The notes below the pieces were generated by a model. The model did no database searches and had not been told where the DNA came from. It saw nothing but the letters and a program-made list of their open reading frames with translations. Made by a program: the position numbers and the translations under genes. Shown in pieces: positions 10,093-22,600 of a stretch of DNA of 64,000 bases (positions within the stretch are counted from its first letter, which is position 1; each line of letters starts with the position of its first letter). Origin of the DNA: a candidate division FCPU426 bacterium (lineage in GTDB: Bacteria; Oederibacteriota; Muellerivitia; Muellerivitales; Muellerivitaceae); the NCBI GenBank assembly GCA_963796105.1, contig CAWCKJ010000006.1, positions 32,001 through 96,000 on the forward strand, given 5' to 3'.

Positions 10093-12030
10093 ATGGATTT
10101 CACCCCTTCCCCTGAAAAAATTCTAGAACCCATACCCGATAAATTCGTCTCTCCCTGGCAATTCTGCTTATGGGCTTGTTTCCTTTTAATGATAGTTTTA
10201 GGACTGCGGCTGGTTAATGACACAGACCTGGGTTTCCATTTAAGGGCTGGTCAATGGATTTTGCAAAACCGCGCCTTTCCCTCCAGCGACGCTTTCACTT
10301 ATACAGTTTCGGACCATGAATACTTGGATATCCAATGGCTTTACCAGGTCCTTCTTTTTCTTCTTTATATGATTGGCGGTTATTCTTTCCTAGCCCCAGC
10401 CAATACCTTATTAATCGCCCTGGTTTTTTTCGTGATGTTCAAGCGTCTCCAGCTCTCAGGCGCGCCGCTTTGGATGTGTGCGCTTCTATTAACAGGTGCC
10501 TTGTTCGGATGCGAATTTCGCTTCAGGGTCCGACCCGAAATTTTCAGCTGGATTATTTTGGTATCCATGCTTTGGATTTTGGAACTGAGGGCTCGGCGGA
10601 TACGTGATTTACTTATCCTTCTTCCCGTCCTGCAACTCGCCTGGGCTAATCTGGAAGGTCTTTTTCCCATCGGATTAGGTTTATTGTGGCTCTATTGTCT
10701 TTCGGATTTTCTCAAACGGGGCGGGGATAGGAAACTTTGGGCTTACTCTGCCTTATCTTTGATGGCTTGCCTTATCAATCCGTATGGTATCCAAGGAATT
10801 TCTTTCCCTTTTGTACTTTTAAACAGGCTCAATGCTTCCAGTGTTTTCAAGGCGACTATCAAGGAATTCCAACCGCCCTGGCTGTTGAATAATACTTTTT
10901 GGTCAACTCCGACCCTTTACTTGTTTCTTTATAAATTATTTTGCATGGTTCTCATCGGCTTGATCTTGATTACCTTCCGTAAGAGGAAAATTCACGAAAT
11001 CCTTGTTGTGGCTTTTTTTTTATGGCTCTCTTTTACTGCTTTGCGAAATATTCCGTTTCTCTTTTTATCATCCCTCCCAATAGCGGCAGCCTCTTGGAAC
11101 GACTTGAGTGTGTTCTGGCGCCATCAGGCGAATAAACTGGCATTTTTGAATACCCCAATCGCTTTGGGTCTCGTTTTTTTTCTTTTAGTCATGGTCATGA
11201 GGGTAGTAAGCGGGGCTTTTTATGTTTCCGACAGGCGGACAGATCGTTTTGGTTTTGGATTGAACAAGGAAGAATTGCCTGTAAAGGCATGTGAATTCCT
11301 CAACAAAAATGATCTTCGGGGACGGATCCTGAATCACATGGACTCGGGGGGCTGGCTGGATTGGAGAGGCCCTCAAAAGACTTTTATCGACGCGCGCCTT
11401 GAAGTTATGGGTGATGATTTTTACACAGAATTCATAGAGTCATTGGCTCCCGGTGGGTTGCCGTATCTTTTAGCGAAATATCATCCGGACATTCTATTTT
11501 TCAGTTATATCCCGGCTACACAATGGTATTTGGAACTTCAAAAATTGTCAGATTGGAGGTTGGTTTATCTCGATGGACTTGCGGCCATCTATTTGAGGAA
11601 AGGATATAAAGATGAAGTGCCGGATTTGAACTATCAAATGTTATTGGAGGAAAACGGCGCTCTTATTTTAACAAGGAATATTCCTGAAATAATCCAAGCT
11701 TCTCCGCCCCCTTTTTGGAAACAAGCCTGGTCAGATATTGCTATTCCGACCGCCTATTCTACAAGTTTGATTCGAATGGGGATATTCAGCGCAAACAACA
11801 AACATCCAGAAATCGCGGAATCGTTTTTCCTGGAGGAAATTCAACGCACCCATGGACAATATTGGGATACATTTCTGCAATTGGGAAGCTTGTATTATAT
11901 GGCTGGATTTCGCGAGAAGGGTAAGACCTGCATTTTGAGGGTTCTCAAGGATCGACCGAACAATTCCCAAGCACGACAAATCTTAAATTCGATTTCAAGT
12001 TCCCAAGAGAGAACAAAAGGGAAAGGTTAA
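10093..12030 (+). CDS. Polytopic membrane protein with C-terminal TPR-like helices (GT-C-like)
   Basis: DLGFHLRAGQWI, WANLEG, INPYG and FIDAR motifs; many TM segments. Confidence 0.6.
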   Translation: MDFTPSPEKILEPIPDKFVSPWQFCLWACFLLMIVLGLRLVNDTDLGFHLRAGQWILQNRAFPSSDAFTYTVSDHEYLDIQWLYQVLLFLLYMIGGYSFLAPANTLLIALVFFVMFKRLQLSGAPLWMCALLLTGALFGCEFRFRVRPEIFSWIILVSMLWILELRARRIRDLLILLPVLQLAWANLEGLFPIGLGLLWLYCLSDFLKRGGDRKLWAYSALSLMACLINPYGIQGISFPFVLLNRLNASSVFKATIKEFQPPWLLNNTFWSTPTLYLFLYKLFCMVLIGLILITFRKRKIHEILVVAFFLWLSFTALRNIPFLFLSSLPIAAASWNDLSVFWRHQANKLAFLNTPIALGLVFFLLVMVMRVVSGAFYVSDRRTDRFGFGLNKEELPVKACEFLNKNDLRGRILNHMDSGGWLDWRGPQKTFIDARLEVMGDDFYTEFIESLAPGGLPYLLAKYHPDILFFSYIPATQWYLELQKLSDWRLVYLDGLAAIYLRKGYKDEVPDLNYQMLLEENGALILTRNIPEIIQASPPPFWKQAWSDIAIPTAYSTSLIRMGIFSANNKHPEIAESFFLEEIQRTHGQYWDTFLQLGSLYYMAGFREKGKTCILRVLKDRPNNSQARQILNSISSSQERTKGKG

Positions 12031-12061
12031 ATGCAAATCCCATCTTTAATTCTTTTTCCCA

Positions 12062-13075
12062 TCAGGTGAATTCAACGCTGGCAATCTCTGGTTTCATCCC
12101 TAGGTCCCCGATCATTTGGTGATCAGCATTTTCTCCCTGGCCGGGGGTAGTTAAATATCCGTTGGTAAAAATGGAGTTTGCGACAAAAAGGACTAGGGGT
12201 TGAAGTGACCGGAAGGTTACTTCGCGACCTCCAGCGGCTCTTAAATCCGCTTCGGGATGCACAAAACGAAAAAGACAAAGAACACGAAGCGCGTAGTAAG
12301 GGTCAACGCGGGGGAAGCTGTTGAACGGAGTTCCGGGTCTGGGATCCAGGAAATTAACGGGAACGGAGGATGCGGCTATTTCCCGAAGTGAAAAGCAAAG
12401 ATCCACGACGTCTTCCGGCCCTTCCCCCATCCCGATGATTCCTCCCGAACATACTTCCATGCCTGCTTCCCTGGCCAGTCGGGCCGTTTGGACTCGATCC
12501 TCATAAGTATGGGTTGTGACGACATTTTTAAAATGGTTTTTAGAGGTTTCCAAATTGTGATTAAAGCGGTCAACTCCAGCTTCGGCCAATCGTTTGGCTT
12601 TCTCTGGTGTTAGGATTCCCAAGGATGTACAGACTTTCACCCCGACTTCTTTTTTGATTCGCCGGGTTGCCTCGCAAATAATGTCTAAATCCCTATTGCT
12701 GGGCCCACGTGTCGCGGTCACCATACAATATTTCCAAGCTCCGGCGGCCTTGGCTTTGTGAGCTCCTAAAACAAGGGATTCCACATCCATGATGGGATAT
12801 TGGGAGGCTTCAGTTTGGTATTTGGAGGATTGGGAACAAAAACCGCAATCCTCTGAACAAGACCCTGACTTTGCGTTTTGCAAGACATGTAGCCTCACTC
12901 GATCTCCGTGAAAATGACGGCGAACCTGATATGCCGAATAAATGAGGGAAAGAGTTTCCTCCCGCGGGGATTTTAAAATCTCAATGCTTTCCTCACGAGT
13001 TGGGGGGATTTTCTGAATAGCTTTTCCAGCTAGATGTTGCCAAAGTGAAAATCCATCTTGCTTCAGGGTGTTCAT
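12062..13075 (-). CDS. bioB: Biotin synthase
   Basis: CSEDCGFCSQS radical SAM motif, NHNLETS, CSGGIIGMGE, VPVNFL, NSIFTNGYLTT. Confidence 0.95.
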   Translation of the reverse strand: MNTLKQDGFSLWQHLAGKAIQKIPPTREESIEILKSPREETLSLIYSAYQVRRHFHGDRVRLHVLQNAKSGSCSEDCGFCSQSSKYQTEASQYPIMDVESLVLGAHKAKAAGAWKYCMVTATRGPSNRDLDIICEATRRIKKEVGVKVCTSLGILTPEKAKRLAEAGVDRFNHNLETSKNHFKNVVTTHTYEDRVQTARLAREAGMEVCSGGIIGMGEGPEDVVDLCFSLREIAASSVPVNFLDPRPGTPFNSFPRVDPYYALRVLCLFRFVHPEADLRAAGGREVTFRSLQPLVLFVANSIFTNGYLTTPGQGENADHQMIGDLGMKPEIASVEFT

Positions 13076-13162
13076 GGATTTAATCCTATTGTTTTATTAT
13101 GAAGGGAAAACGCGCTGAAGTATAACAGCCTTAATCCTGAAATATTGAGCCCTTCTTTTTTT

Positions 13163-13318
13163 GTAACTACTCAGGTCTCTTTAACCAATCTGGAAAAAGG
13201 CCTCGTTGCACGCTTCCGTGCGGTTGGTGGAGTTGGTGAAAATTAGGGCATTTGGCAAAATTGCGCCAAAACCCTTATTTCATCCTCCTTTTTGTCTTTT
13301 GGTACCTGATGTAGTTAC
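13163..13318. mobile_element. Possible MITE remnant
   Basis: Terminal inverted repeat GTAACTACTCAGGT (13163-13176) / ACCTGATGTAGTTAC (13304-13318) with one bulged base; T-runs on both sides. Confidence 0.4.
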
Positions 13319-13614
13319 CATTTTTTTAGGAATTAAACCCAAGAGCTATTCGAATAGAGGTCATATTTAATGCTTTTTGTCAAAAAAAGATCCGAAAAAT
13401 TCAGAAAACTGACGTTTTTTAATATTAAATCCTGAAAATCGCTTTATTTTCAGCTAAATATTTAAAAATGGAATTGGAACGTTTATTGCATCTTTTTCAT
13501 GTAGTTTTACTAGTTGTTAGGAAGGGTCAAGGAAAATATGCCCGCAAGCCATTAACGGAAAGTGAATTTACTTAATAATTTTTCTTAGATGATATACATT
13601 TAAAAGCGGAAAAC

Positions 13615-16600
13615 ATGGAACTTTTTTACAATCGAAATTTAAAATCCCTTAGATTATCAAAACTCTTAGCAGGGTTTTTGGGACTATTGCTTTTTTCATT
13701 CATTTCTCCTTCACACTCTTTAGCGCAATGCACGCCCTCTTCCGCCCAAATATGTGTGGCTAGTGATGACTGGTCCCAGGTATATGTCGGGGGCGTTTAT
13801 CTTGGTCAAGTCGCTTACTGCAATTGGGATGGCACGGGAACTTGTCCTCCAGGATGTATAACCGTTCCCACGTCGCTTTTAACCGGTAGCCAAGTTTTTG
13901 TTTCCGTTTATACACAAAACACCGCTTGCAACAATATGTATTCATCCTGGGACTTGGATATCACATGTTCCAACGGACAACATTCCGAAATAACTAGCGG
14001 TACTAGCGGAGTCAAATTGGATTATGTGAGCGCCGGAAATCCGGCGACACCTCCTGCCACCAACTGGTACGCCACTAACTTCAGCACCAGCGGCTGGGGA
14101 AGTCCGGTGAATGTCAGTACCGCTTCCGGAGCTTGCTGCTGGGGGCAAGAAATTTTTAATCCTGTAACAGGCCAGCAAGTTCCGTTTACGGCTTCCACCA
14201 CTGATGGGGATTACAGCACCAGCAATTGCGGAGGCGCCCTTTTTGAAACTGTCGCCACAACGATCCCGCCTCCTTCCCCGACCGTGGGGCCAGCGACGTT
14301 GACGATTACTAAAAGCCTTGTGGCTGGGTCTGAAGTTGAAAGTGGCGGAGACATGTTCGTGACCTTCCAGGTTGTGGTTTGCAATACCGGGGGTCCCGTG
14401 ACGAGCGGTGGAGTAACACTAACCGACAACCAAGCCGGAACTGGAACGGCTTTCAGCATGATAGGCTGGATAGTGCCGGCGGTTTCCCCGGTTTCTATTG
14501 ATTACAACTCAAATGCAAGTTGGCCTGAACCCGCTTCCAGTGGGGGTAATGTTGCAAGATGGGGAGATTTCCCCGGGAACACTTGCGTGACCCTTTTGGC
14601 CAGCATGGTAGATTATTACTGGGCGGGAAACCAATGCCAAACTATCACCAATACTGCCAACATAGGTGATTCAGAACAATCAGTAACTTCAAATCCCCCT
14701 GTGACAGTGAATCGTCCTTGCTTCACGAATACACCAACCTATACATTTACGGCAACCTATACCCCGACTCCTACGTATACCCGAACATTTACCTATACGC
14801 CGACTTGGACCTACACTTCCACTCCGGCTGTTACAAACACCCCCACCCATACAAACACTTATACATATACTTACACTAATACTTATACCTATACCAATTC
14901 TCCCACACCCACATCTACTCCTACGAAAACCCCTACCCCTACCCCCACCCCTACGCCTACCAACACTCCGACCCCAACGCCAACACCCACGAGGACTCTT
15001 ACTCCTACCCCCACTAATACCCCAACGCCCAGCCCCACCCCGACACCCACGCCATCACCAACTCCAACCAGGACTCCGACCCCTACTCCAACGAATACCC
15101 CAACTCCCACGCCAACTGTTTCCCCTACTCCTACTCCAACTCGTACCAATACGCCTACGAATACACCCACTCCAACCCCGACGAACACCCCTACACCAAC
15201 CCCGACACCATCGCCAACACCGACTCCTACACGTACCCCGACCCCAACACCCACAACAACCCCTACGCCGACTCCCACTAACACACCTACTCCGACGCCA
15301 ACCGTAACCCCTACTCCCACACCAACTAGAACCCCTACACCCACCCCTACGCCTACCCCTAGCCCGACACCAACCAATACGCCTACACCCACACCCACCA
15401 CGACCCCAACACCGACCCCCACCAGGACCCCGACACCCACGCCCACCAACACTCCTACCCCAACCCCGACCACAACCCCAACTCCAACCCCTACCAATAC
15501 TCCCACTCCCACCCCGACTAGGACTCCGACACCCACACCCACAACCACTCCTACACCGACTCCCACTAACACTCCTACTCCCACCCCGACCGTAACCCCG
15601 ACACCCACGCCAACCAGGACACCCACTCCAACACCAACTAATACCCCAACTCCTACTCCCACGAACACTCCGACTCCTACCCCTACAACAACGCCAACAC
15701 CAACCCCTACCAGGACGCCGACTCCTACACCCACCAACACGCCTACTCCTACCCCGACCACAACCCCTACCCCAACCCCCACTAATACTCCCACACCGAC
15801 CCCCACAAGGACGCCGACTCCCACGCCGACCACCACTCCCACACCCACTCCGACCAATACCCCAACTCCGACACCCACTAACACGCCGACACCTACCCCG
15901 ACTAGAACCCCGACGAACACTCCTACTCCGACTCCCACCAATACACCCACGAATACGCCCACGCCCACACCCACAACCACCCCAACACCCACGCCCACGA
16001 GGACTCCAACCCCGACCCCTACCAATACCCCGACCCCCACCCCAACAACAACTCCTACTCCAACACCAACCAATACACCAACCCCAACTCCCACACGCAC
16101 TCCTACTCCAACACCGACAACCACACCTACCCCGACGCCCACTCCAACACCCACTATTACCCCAACGCCAACCAATACCCCAACTGGGACCCAGTCGCCC
16201 ACGAATACTCCTACCATCACCCCGACCAAAACCCCGACCCCGACTCCCACCAACACGCCGACGATTACGCCCACACCAACGCCTACCAATACCCCCACAA
16301 GGACGCCAACCCCTACCCCGACTCCAACCCCAACGACAACTCCCACGCCAACACCCACGAATACCCCGACGCCCACACCCACTAATACGCCCACGCCAAC
16401 TCCAACTACTACGCCAACTCCAACGCCGACCAATACCCCCACAAGGACGCCGACCCATACGCCAACCCCTACACCGACCCTGACACCTTCTCCGACACCC
16501 ACGAATACCCCAACCCCCACACCCACCAATACTCCAACGCCTACTCCAACCACCACCCCGACACCTACCCCCACAAGGACGCCGACTCCCACGCCCACGA

Positions 16601-19593
16601 ACACCCCGACTCCAACACCCACAACCACCCCTACCCCCACACCCACGAACACTCCCACTCCCACACCTACGAATACCCCGACACCCACTCCCACAACTAC
16701 CCCAACCCCTACACCAACTAGGACTCCAACTCCTACCCCGACCAATACGCCAACTCCCACCCCGACGATCACTCCGACCCCCACCAATACTCCAACACCT
16801 ACCATCACGCCCACGCCGACAAACACCCCTACAGGAACTCAGCCGCCCACGAATACGCCCACCATCACTCCGACCAAGACTCCGACACCTACTCCCACAC
16901 CCACCCCGACTGTGACTCCTACTCCCACCCCAACCAATACTCCGACTTCTACGCCTACCAACACCCCAACCCCCACACCTACGACGACTCCCACGCCGAC
17001 ACCCACCAATACCCCGACTAGGACCCCGACTCCCACACCAACTCCTACTCCCACGACCACTTCCACCCCCACACCGACTAATACGCCTACATCTACTCCT
17101 ACCAACACCCCGACTCCCACTCCGACACTGACGCCCTCGCCGACGCCTACCAATACACCCACGAATACTCCGACTTCCACGCCAACACCCACCCCAACAG
17201 TCACCCCAACCCCGACGAATACCTCAACCGGGACGACATCCCCCACGAACACCTTTACTGTTACTCCGACACTGACTCCTTCACCCACTCCTACCAATAC
17301 TCCTACGAATACGCCGACACCCACCCCAACCCCCACTCCAACCTCAACACCCTCCAATACCCCGACTTCTACACCTACAAACACCTCGACACCCACACCC
17401 ACCCATACCCCTACAACTACTCCCACCCCCACTTACACGCCTACTCCCACCCAGACTCCAACTCCCACATCAACCGACACTCCGACCGACACGCCTCCTT
17501 TCACCTATACAAACACCAATACCCCAACAAACACATCCTCCCCGACGGATACCTATACATCCACTCCCACTCCGACTAACACCCCTACCCCGACTCCAAC
17601 TAACACTTCCACAAACACCAACACTCCGACCGACACACCAACCAATACCCCGACCCCCACACCCACAAACACTCCCACCAATACCAATACCCCGACACCG
17701 ACTTTCACGGACACACCAACATCCACGCCAACGCCTACTCCTACCGCCACCCCGACTGATACACCTCCATTCACCTATACAAACACCAATACCCCTACCG
17801 ACACTTCCACGCCGACCAGTACCTACACACCCACGAACACACCAACCAATACCCCAACCCCGACATCAACCAATACACCCACCAATACGAATACACCGAC
17901 AGACACTTCCACGCCGACTAGTACCAATACACCCACGAATACGCCGACTAATACCCCCACTCCAACACCCACTAACACTCCCACCAACACCAATACCCCG
18001 ACAGATACCGCCACACCGACCAATACCAATACCGCTACCAATACCTATACAGCGACCAACACTCCGACCAACACCAATACGCCCACTAATACCCCCACCG
18101 CTACCAACACCTCTACTCCTACCAACACCTATACGGCCACCAATACCCCCACCAATACCAACACCCCGACTAACACCAATACTCCTACCAATACGCCTAC
18201 TCCTACTCCCACCAGGACGCCTACTAACACTTCCACTCCCACGAATACGCTTACAGCCACGAATACACCCACTAATACCAATACCCTGACACCTACCCCC
18301 ACGGCGACCTTCACTCCCACCCCCACGCCTGCCGCGGTATTGGCCTTGCAAAAACAGGAGTCAGAATCAACAGGTTCCTCGGGGGATATGGTGACCTATA
18401 CCTTGAATGTGAATGTCTCCAACGCCAACGCTCCCGGGGTAGTGGTGCAGGACCAACTGCCTCCCAACTGCACTTTCACGGCCTTCGGGGTCTCACCAGC
18501 AGGAACATCGGCCGTAACCACCGTTTCAGGCGGGGTGACCATGATGAACTGGACATTGCCCACCCTTATCCCTGGAAGCTACCAATTGACTTATACAGTC
18601 TCGATTAACAGCTTCACGCCCGCGGGACCCATTGTGAACTGCGCGGTCTTAAACTATCCGGGAATCTCACCATTGAGTTCCTGTGCCACATTAATGGTGA
18701 CAGGGAGCTACACGGTGAAGATCGGGGTATATAACGAGGCAGGGGAACTGGTAAAGACACTGTTGGTAACCCAATATTCCCAGCCCTTGGTGGACCTGCA
18801 GTTGAAGAACGGGGATCTGATTAATGGGCTGAATGATCCCATCCTGATATATGACCAGAATACCCAGATCACGGTGTGGAACGGGACAGACCAGAACGGG
18901 AACCCGGTGCCGAATGGTGATTATTACGTGAAAGTGGACAATGTCGATTCCTTCGGGGTGGATAAGAGCGTGGTATTGAACGTGGTGGTGAGCAGGTCGT
19001 TGGAGAAGGTGACGATCGACATCTACAACGAGGCTGGAGAGATCGTGGACACGCTCTACAGCGTGGTGGAGGACCCACAAGGGACGGTGATCACAGGGGT
19101 GAAGCTGTCAGGGACGGTTTTGGAGCCGGGATCACCGACGGATGGGAACCTGATCATTACGACCAATAACGGGGTGACGGCCACTTGGACGGGATATTCC
19201 TCAAGCGGGGCGGTGGTGCCGAACGGGAAATACTTCATCGAGGTGCACTCCACCGACGGAAAAGGCGGGGAGACGGTGATCGTGACATCGGTGATGGTGT
19301 TGAACAATCCGAAACAGACGGTACCGAAAGTCTGGGCCTATCCGAACCCCTTAACTTCCGGATTCAGCCAAGTGGAGTTCCAGGCCTCAAATCTTGGGAT
19401 CAACCTGACGGTGAGGATCTATGACCTGGCGGGCGAGCTGGTGACGGAGCTGAAAGGCGCGGGAGGAACGAGCCGGGTGACTTGGAATGCCGCGGGAATC
19501 TCAAGCGGGCTCTATATCGCCAAGGTGGAACAGAAGGATCTCACGGGAAAAATCATCGCCAAGCAGACACTAAAGATCCTGGCAGAACATTGA
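13615..19593 (+). CDS. Giant secreted Thr/Pro-repeat surface protein with DUF11-like, FlgD-Ig-like and T9SS-CTD-like C-terminal domains
   Basis: Signal peptide; Cys-rich N-domain; roughly 1200 aa of TPT repeats; [22 protein letters not shown]...IYDLAGELV...SGLYI...KIL. Confidence 0.75.
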   Translation: MELFYNRNLKSLRLSKLLAGFLGLLLFSFISPSHSLAQCTPSSAQICVASDDWSQVYVGGVYLGQVAYCNWDGTGTCPPGCITVPTSLLTGSQVFVSVYTQNTACNNMYSSWDLDITCSNGQHSEITSGTSGVKLDYVSAGNPATPPATNWYATNFSTSGWGSPVNVSTASGACCWGQEIFNPVTGQQVPFTASTTDGDYSTSNCGGALFETVATTIPPPSPTVGPATLTITKSLVAGSEVESGGDMFVTFQVVVCNTGGPVTSGGVTLTDNQAGTGTAFSMIGWIVPAVSPVSIDYNSNASWPEPASSGGNVARWGDFPGNTCVTLLASMVDYYWAGNQCQTITNTANIGDSEQSVTSNPPVTVNRPCFTNTPTYTFTATYTPTPTYTRTFTYTPTWTYTSTPAVTNTPTHTNTYTYTYTNTYTYTNSPTPTSTPTKTPTPTPTPTPTNTPTPTPTPTRTLTPTPTNTPTPSPTPTPTPSPTPTRTPTPTPTNTPTPTPTVSPTPTPTRTNTPTNTPTPTPTNTPTPTPTPSPTPTPTRTPTPTPTTTPTPTPTNTPTPTPTVTPTPTPTRTPTPTPTPTPSPTPTNTPTPTPTTTPTPTPTRTPTPTPTNTPTPTPTTTPTPTPTNTPTPTPTRTPTPTPTTTPTPTPTNTPTPTPTVTPTPTPTRTPTPTPTNTPTPTPTNTPTPTPTTTPTPTPTRTPTPTPTNTPTPTPTTTPTPTPTNTPTPTPTRTPTPTPTTTPTPTPTNTPTPTPTNTPTPTPTRTPTNTPTPTPTNTPTNTPTPTPTTTPTPTPTRTPTPTPTNTPTPTPTTTPTPTPTNTPTPTPTRTPTPTPTTTPTPTPTPTPTITPTPTNTPTGTQSPTNTPTITPTKTPTPTPTNTPTITPTPTPTNTPTRTPTPTPTPTPTTTPTPTPTNTPTPTPTNTPTPTPTTTPTPTPTNTPTRTPTHTPTPTPTLTPSPTPTNTPTPTPTNTPTPTPTTTPTPTPTRTPTPTPTNTPTPTPTTTPTPTPTNTPTPTPTNTPTPTPTTTPTPTPTRTPTPTPTNTPTPTPTITPTPTNTPTPTITPTPTNTPTGTQPPTNTPTITPTKTPTPTPTPTPTVTPTPTPTNTPTSTPTNTPTPTPTTTPTPTPTNTPTRTPTPTPTPTPTTTSTPTPTNTPTSTPTNTPTPTPTLTPSPTPTNTPTNTPTSTPTPTPTVTPTPTNTSTGTTSPTNTFTVTPTLTPSPTPTNTPTNTPTPTPTPTPTSTPSNTPTSTPTNTSTPTPTHTPTTTPTPTYTPTPTQTPTPTSTDTPTDTPPFTYTNTNTPTNTSSPTDTYTSTPTPTNTPTPTPTNTSTNTNTPTDTPTNTPTPTPTNTPTNTNTPTPTFTDTPTSTPTPTPTATPTDTPPFTYTNTNTPTDTSTPTSTYTPTNTPTNTPTPTSTNTPTNTNTPTDTSTPTSTNTPTNTPTNTPTPTPTNTPTNTNTPTDTATPTNTNTATNTYTATNTPTNTNTPTNTPTATNTSTPTNTYTATNTPTNTNTPTNTNTPTNTPTPTPTRTPTNTSTPTNTLTATNTPTNTNTLTPTPTATFTPTPTPAAVLALQKQESESTGSSGDMVTYTLNVNVSNANAPGVVVQDQLPPNCTFTAFGVSPAGTSAVTTVSGGVTMMNWTLPTLIPGSYQLTYTVSINSFTPAGPIVNCAVLNYPGISPLSSCATLMVTGSYTVKIGVYNEAGELVKTLLVTQYSQPLVDLQLKNGDLINGLNDPILIYDQNTQITVWNGTDQNGNPVPNGDYYVKVDNVDSFGVDKSVVLNVVVSRSLEKVTIDIYNEAGEIVDTLYSVVEDPQGTVITGVKLSGTVLEPGSPTDGNLIITTNNGVTATWTGYSSSGAVVPNGKYFIEVHSTDGKGGETVIVTSVMVLNNPKQTVPKVWAYPNPLTSGFSQVEFQASNLGINLTVRIYDLAGELVTELKGAGGTSRVTWNAAGISSGLYIAKVEQKDLTGKIIAKQTLKILAEH

Positions 19594-19653
19594 AAAAGAG
19601 AGGTCTAGGAAACTATAATTAAGTTTAGTTAAGATGAGAAATCAGGTGGGGTC

Positions 19654-22600
19654 TTGAATTGGAATGATAAAAAAACGTTATTAGTAAAAGATATTCCAAG
19701 CCTACTAAAAGATGACTTGTTTTATAACCCCGTGAATTACTGGAAAAGCGCTTTATTTACTTTCAATAAATTTCTACAAAAAATCCTTTTATATCTTCAT
19801 TACTTAGTAAAAACATTCTTTTTTTTAAATCTCCAAATAAAATCGTTTTTTGATATCCGCCAGGCTCATTCAGTATTCGTTGTTATGGCTTGGGCGGCTT
19901 TTTTATTAATTTTTTCAACTACTTCCATACAAGCAACCCCTTCTTCCCTTACTGTAGTAGGCAATAACGTTGAGGCGACCGGAGGTTGTGTCGTTCACTT
20001 AAAAGGTGTTGATGTGGATGGCCTTGAATTTTCCCCTACTGGTTACGGCCCCATTAGTGGTGGCGGGTTTGGCAACGGGGGAGATACCCTGCAATTGGCC
20101 CAAGAGGCTGTGACAGCCTGGAAAAGTACCATTATCCGCCTTCCTCTCGACCAGGATTTTTGGTTTGGCTGCTCCAACGGAAACGGGTCTCCCACGGCTT
20201 CGGCATACCAGGGGATCGTATCCTCCATCGTCAATTATTGTTCAGGCCAAAACGTATACGTGATTTTAGACCTGCACTGGTCGGGGACTTCCTCCACGGC
20301 CTCAGCTCCCTGCGGCAGCGGGTGGGGTGGAGCCACGGCCCAGCATCAAATGGCGGACCAAAACGCAGTCACTTTTTGGAGCTCAGTCGCGGCGGCTTAT
20401 GCGAATAATCCCGCTGTCCTTTTCGACCTTTACAATGAACCTTACGATTCCGGCAATGACAATCCGCCGCCTATCGTAGATACGACCGGTTATAACACAT
20501 GGCTCAGTGGCGGCACACTCAGCGGAGCATCCTTTTCTACGCCCGGAATGCAAAAGTTGTTAAATGCTGTGCGCTCAGCAGGCGCCAATAATGTTTGCTT
20601 ATTGGGGGGATTATATTGGTGTGCTAACTTAAACGGACTTCCAGCCGCCTCAGTGACTAATAGAGGTAATGGAATAATATTTTCTGCGCATTTTTACTCA
20701 AATAATGACGGCAACTCCCCGGTCAGCTGGAATGCGGAAATACCTAGCTCGCTTTTGGCGAGTTACCCTGTATTCGTCGGGGAATTTGGGCCTTCCAATA
20801 ACACTTGCAACTCTAATGATAGTACTTTTGATACCAATGCAGTCTCCTGGATAAACAATACCAGTGGAATTGTTGGCGCAACGGCTTGGTCTTTTTCCAC
20901 GCAATCCTGCCCCAACCTACTGACCGGTTGGGTCACCAGCAGTACATGGGGATCTGCGGTATCCACCTGGCTGGCCACCCCTTATGCCGCGTGCAGTTCG
21001 CCTGTCCCGACCCCGACGATTACCGCCACGCCTAAACCTCCCAGCATCACTTTCACCAAGACCACCGGCGGGCCGACCTCGGGTTACAGTACCGGCGGCC
21101 CCATCACGTTGAATTTTACTTTATGCAACGCTGCTGGTTCATCCGCTCCTGCACCAGCGACAGTGACCGACGTGACAACGAACTATGGTTGGATGAGTTT
21201 CGATGGTCCCAATTACAGTTCCTGGACAGTGACAGTGGGCGGAAATCCTATCACCATTAATCCGTTGAACCAAGGTTTTCCAACAACCTGGACGGTCAGC
21301 TCAATTCCCGGAGGGGCCTGTGTAACCATTCCCTTATACGTACAAAACAATGGTTTCGCTGCCAGCCAATCCTGCCAAGTCATGACTGATTATGGTTCGC
21401 TTTCATGGCAGGGTGGTGGGCCTGTCACAAGTAACACCATTTCGACGACCATGGTATGCCTGACAGCAACACCCACATACACTTTCAGCTATACCCCAAC
21501 CCACACCTTTACTTATACCCCCACTTTTACATATACAGCTCTAGTGAACACATCGACTTTTACAAGAACGGCTACTCCGACCGCCACTAATACCTTAACG
21601 AATACCCGGACGAATACTCCTACCGCTACAACTACCTTTACTTCAACCCCGACTAATTCTCCCACCCGTACATGGACACTGACATCGACTCCCACTCCCA
21701 CGGTTTCACAAACTCCCACTCCGACCCGTTCACCAACTCCTACGATAACAAATTCATTTACACCGACAACTACACCCACAAACACATTGACCTTGACTCC
21801 GACAAGGACATCAACATCCACAAATACCATTACTTCTACATCGACACCCACGAACACTTCAACTCGAACACCGACACCCTCAGCCACGCCGACCCTCACC
21901 AGGACTCTAACTCCTACACCCACCACTACCCTTACGTCCACTCTGACAGTAACCCCTACACCTACTCCAACTAGGACTCCGACTCCCACACCCACCAACA
22001 CTCCCACCCCGACGTCCACGAATACGCCCACTCCCACACCCACAACAACCCCAACCTCGACTCCTACCAGGACTCCGACCCCCACGACCACTAACACCCC
22101 AACTCCAACCACAACATCTACCCCTTCACCCACTAATACCCCCACCCCCACCCCGACTAGGACCCCAACCCCGACTCCAACAACCACTCCTACCCCGACA
22201 CCCACTAACACACCTACCCCCACCCCGACCGTGACACCTACTCCCACACCAACCAGAACCCCGACTCCAACACCAACCAATACCCCAACTCCCACCCCCA
22301 CGAACACCCCGACAACGACGCCAACATCGACCCCAACCAGGACTCCTACTCCCACGCCTACCAACACCCCGACTCCTACCTCGACGACAACTCCTACTCC
22401 AACCCCCACCAATACCCCCACACCAACCTCAACCAGAACGCCTACTCCCACGCCTACGAATACTCCGACATCTACACCCACAACTACCCCAACACCCACT
22501 CCGACTAATACCCCTACCAGAACACCAACTCCCACCCCGACCCCCACGCCCACTACGACTCCCACCCCCACTCCAACCATTACCCCAACACCCACGAATT

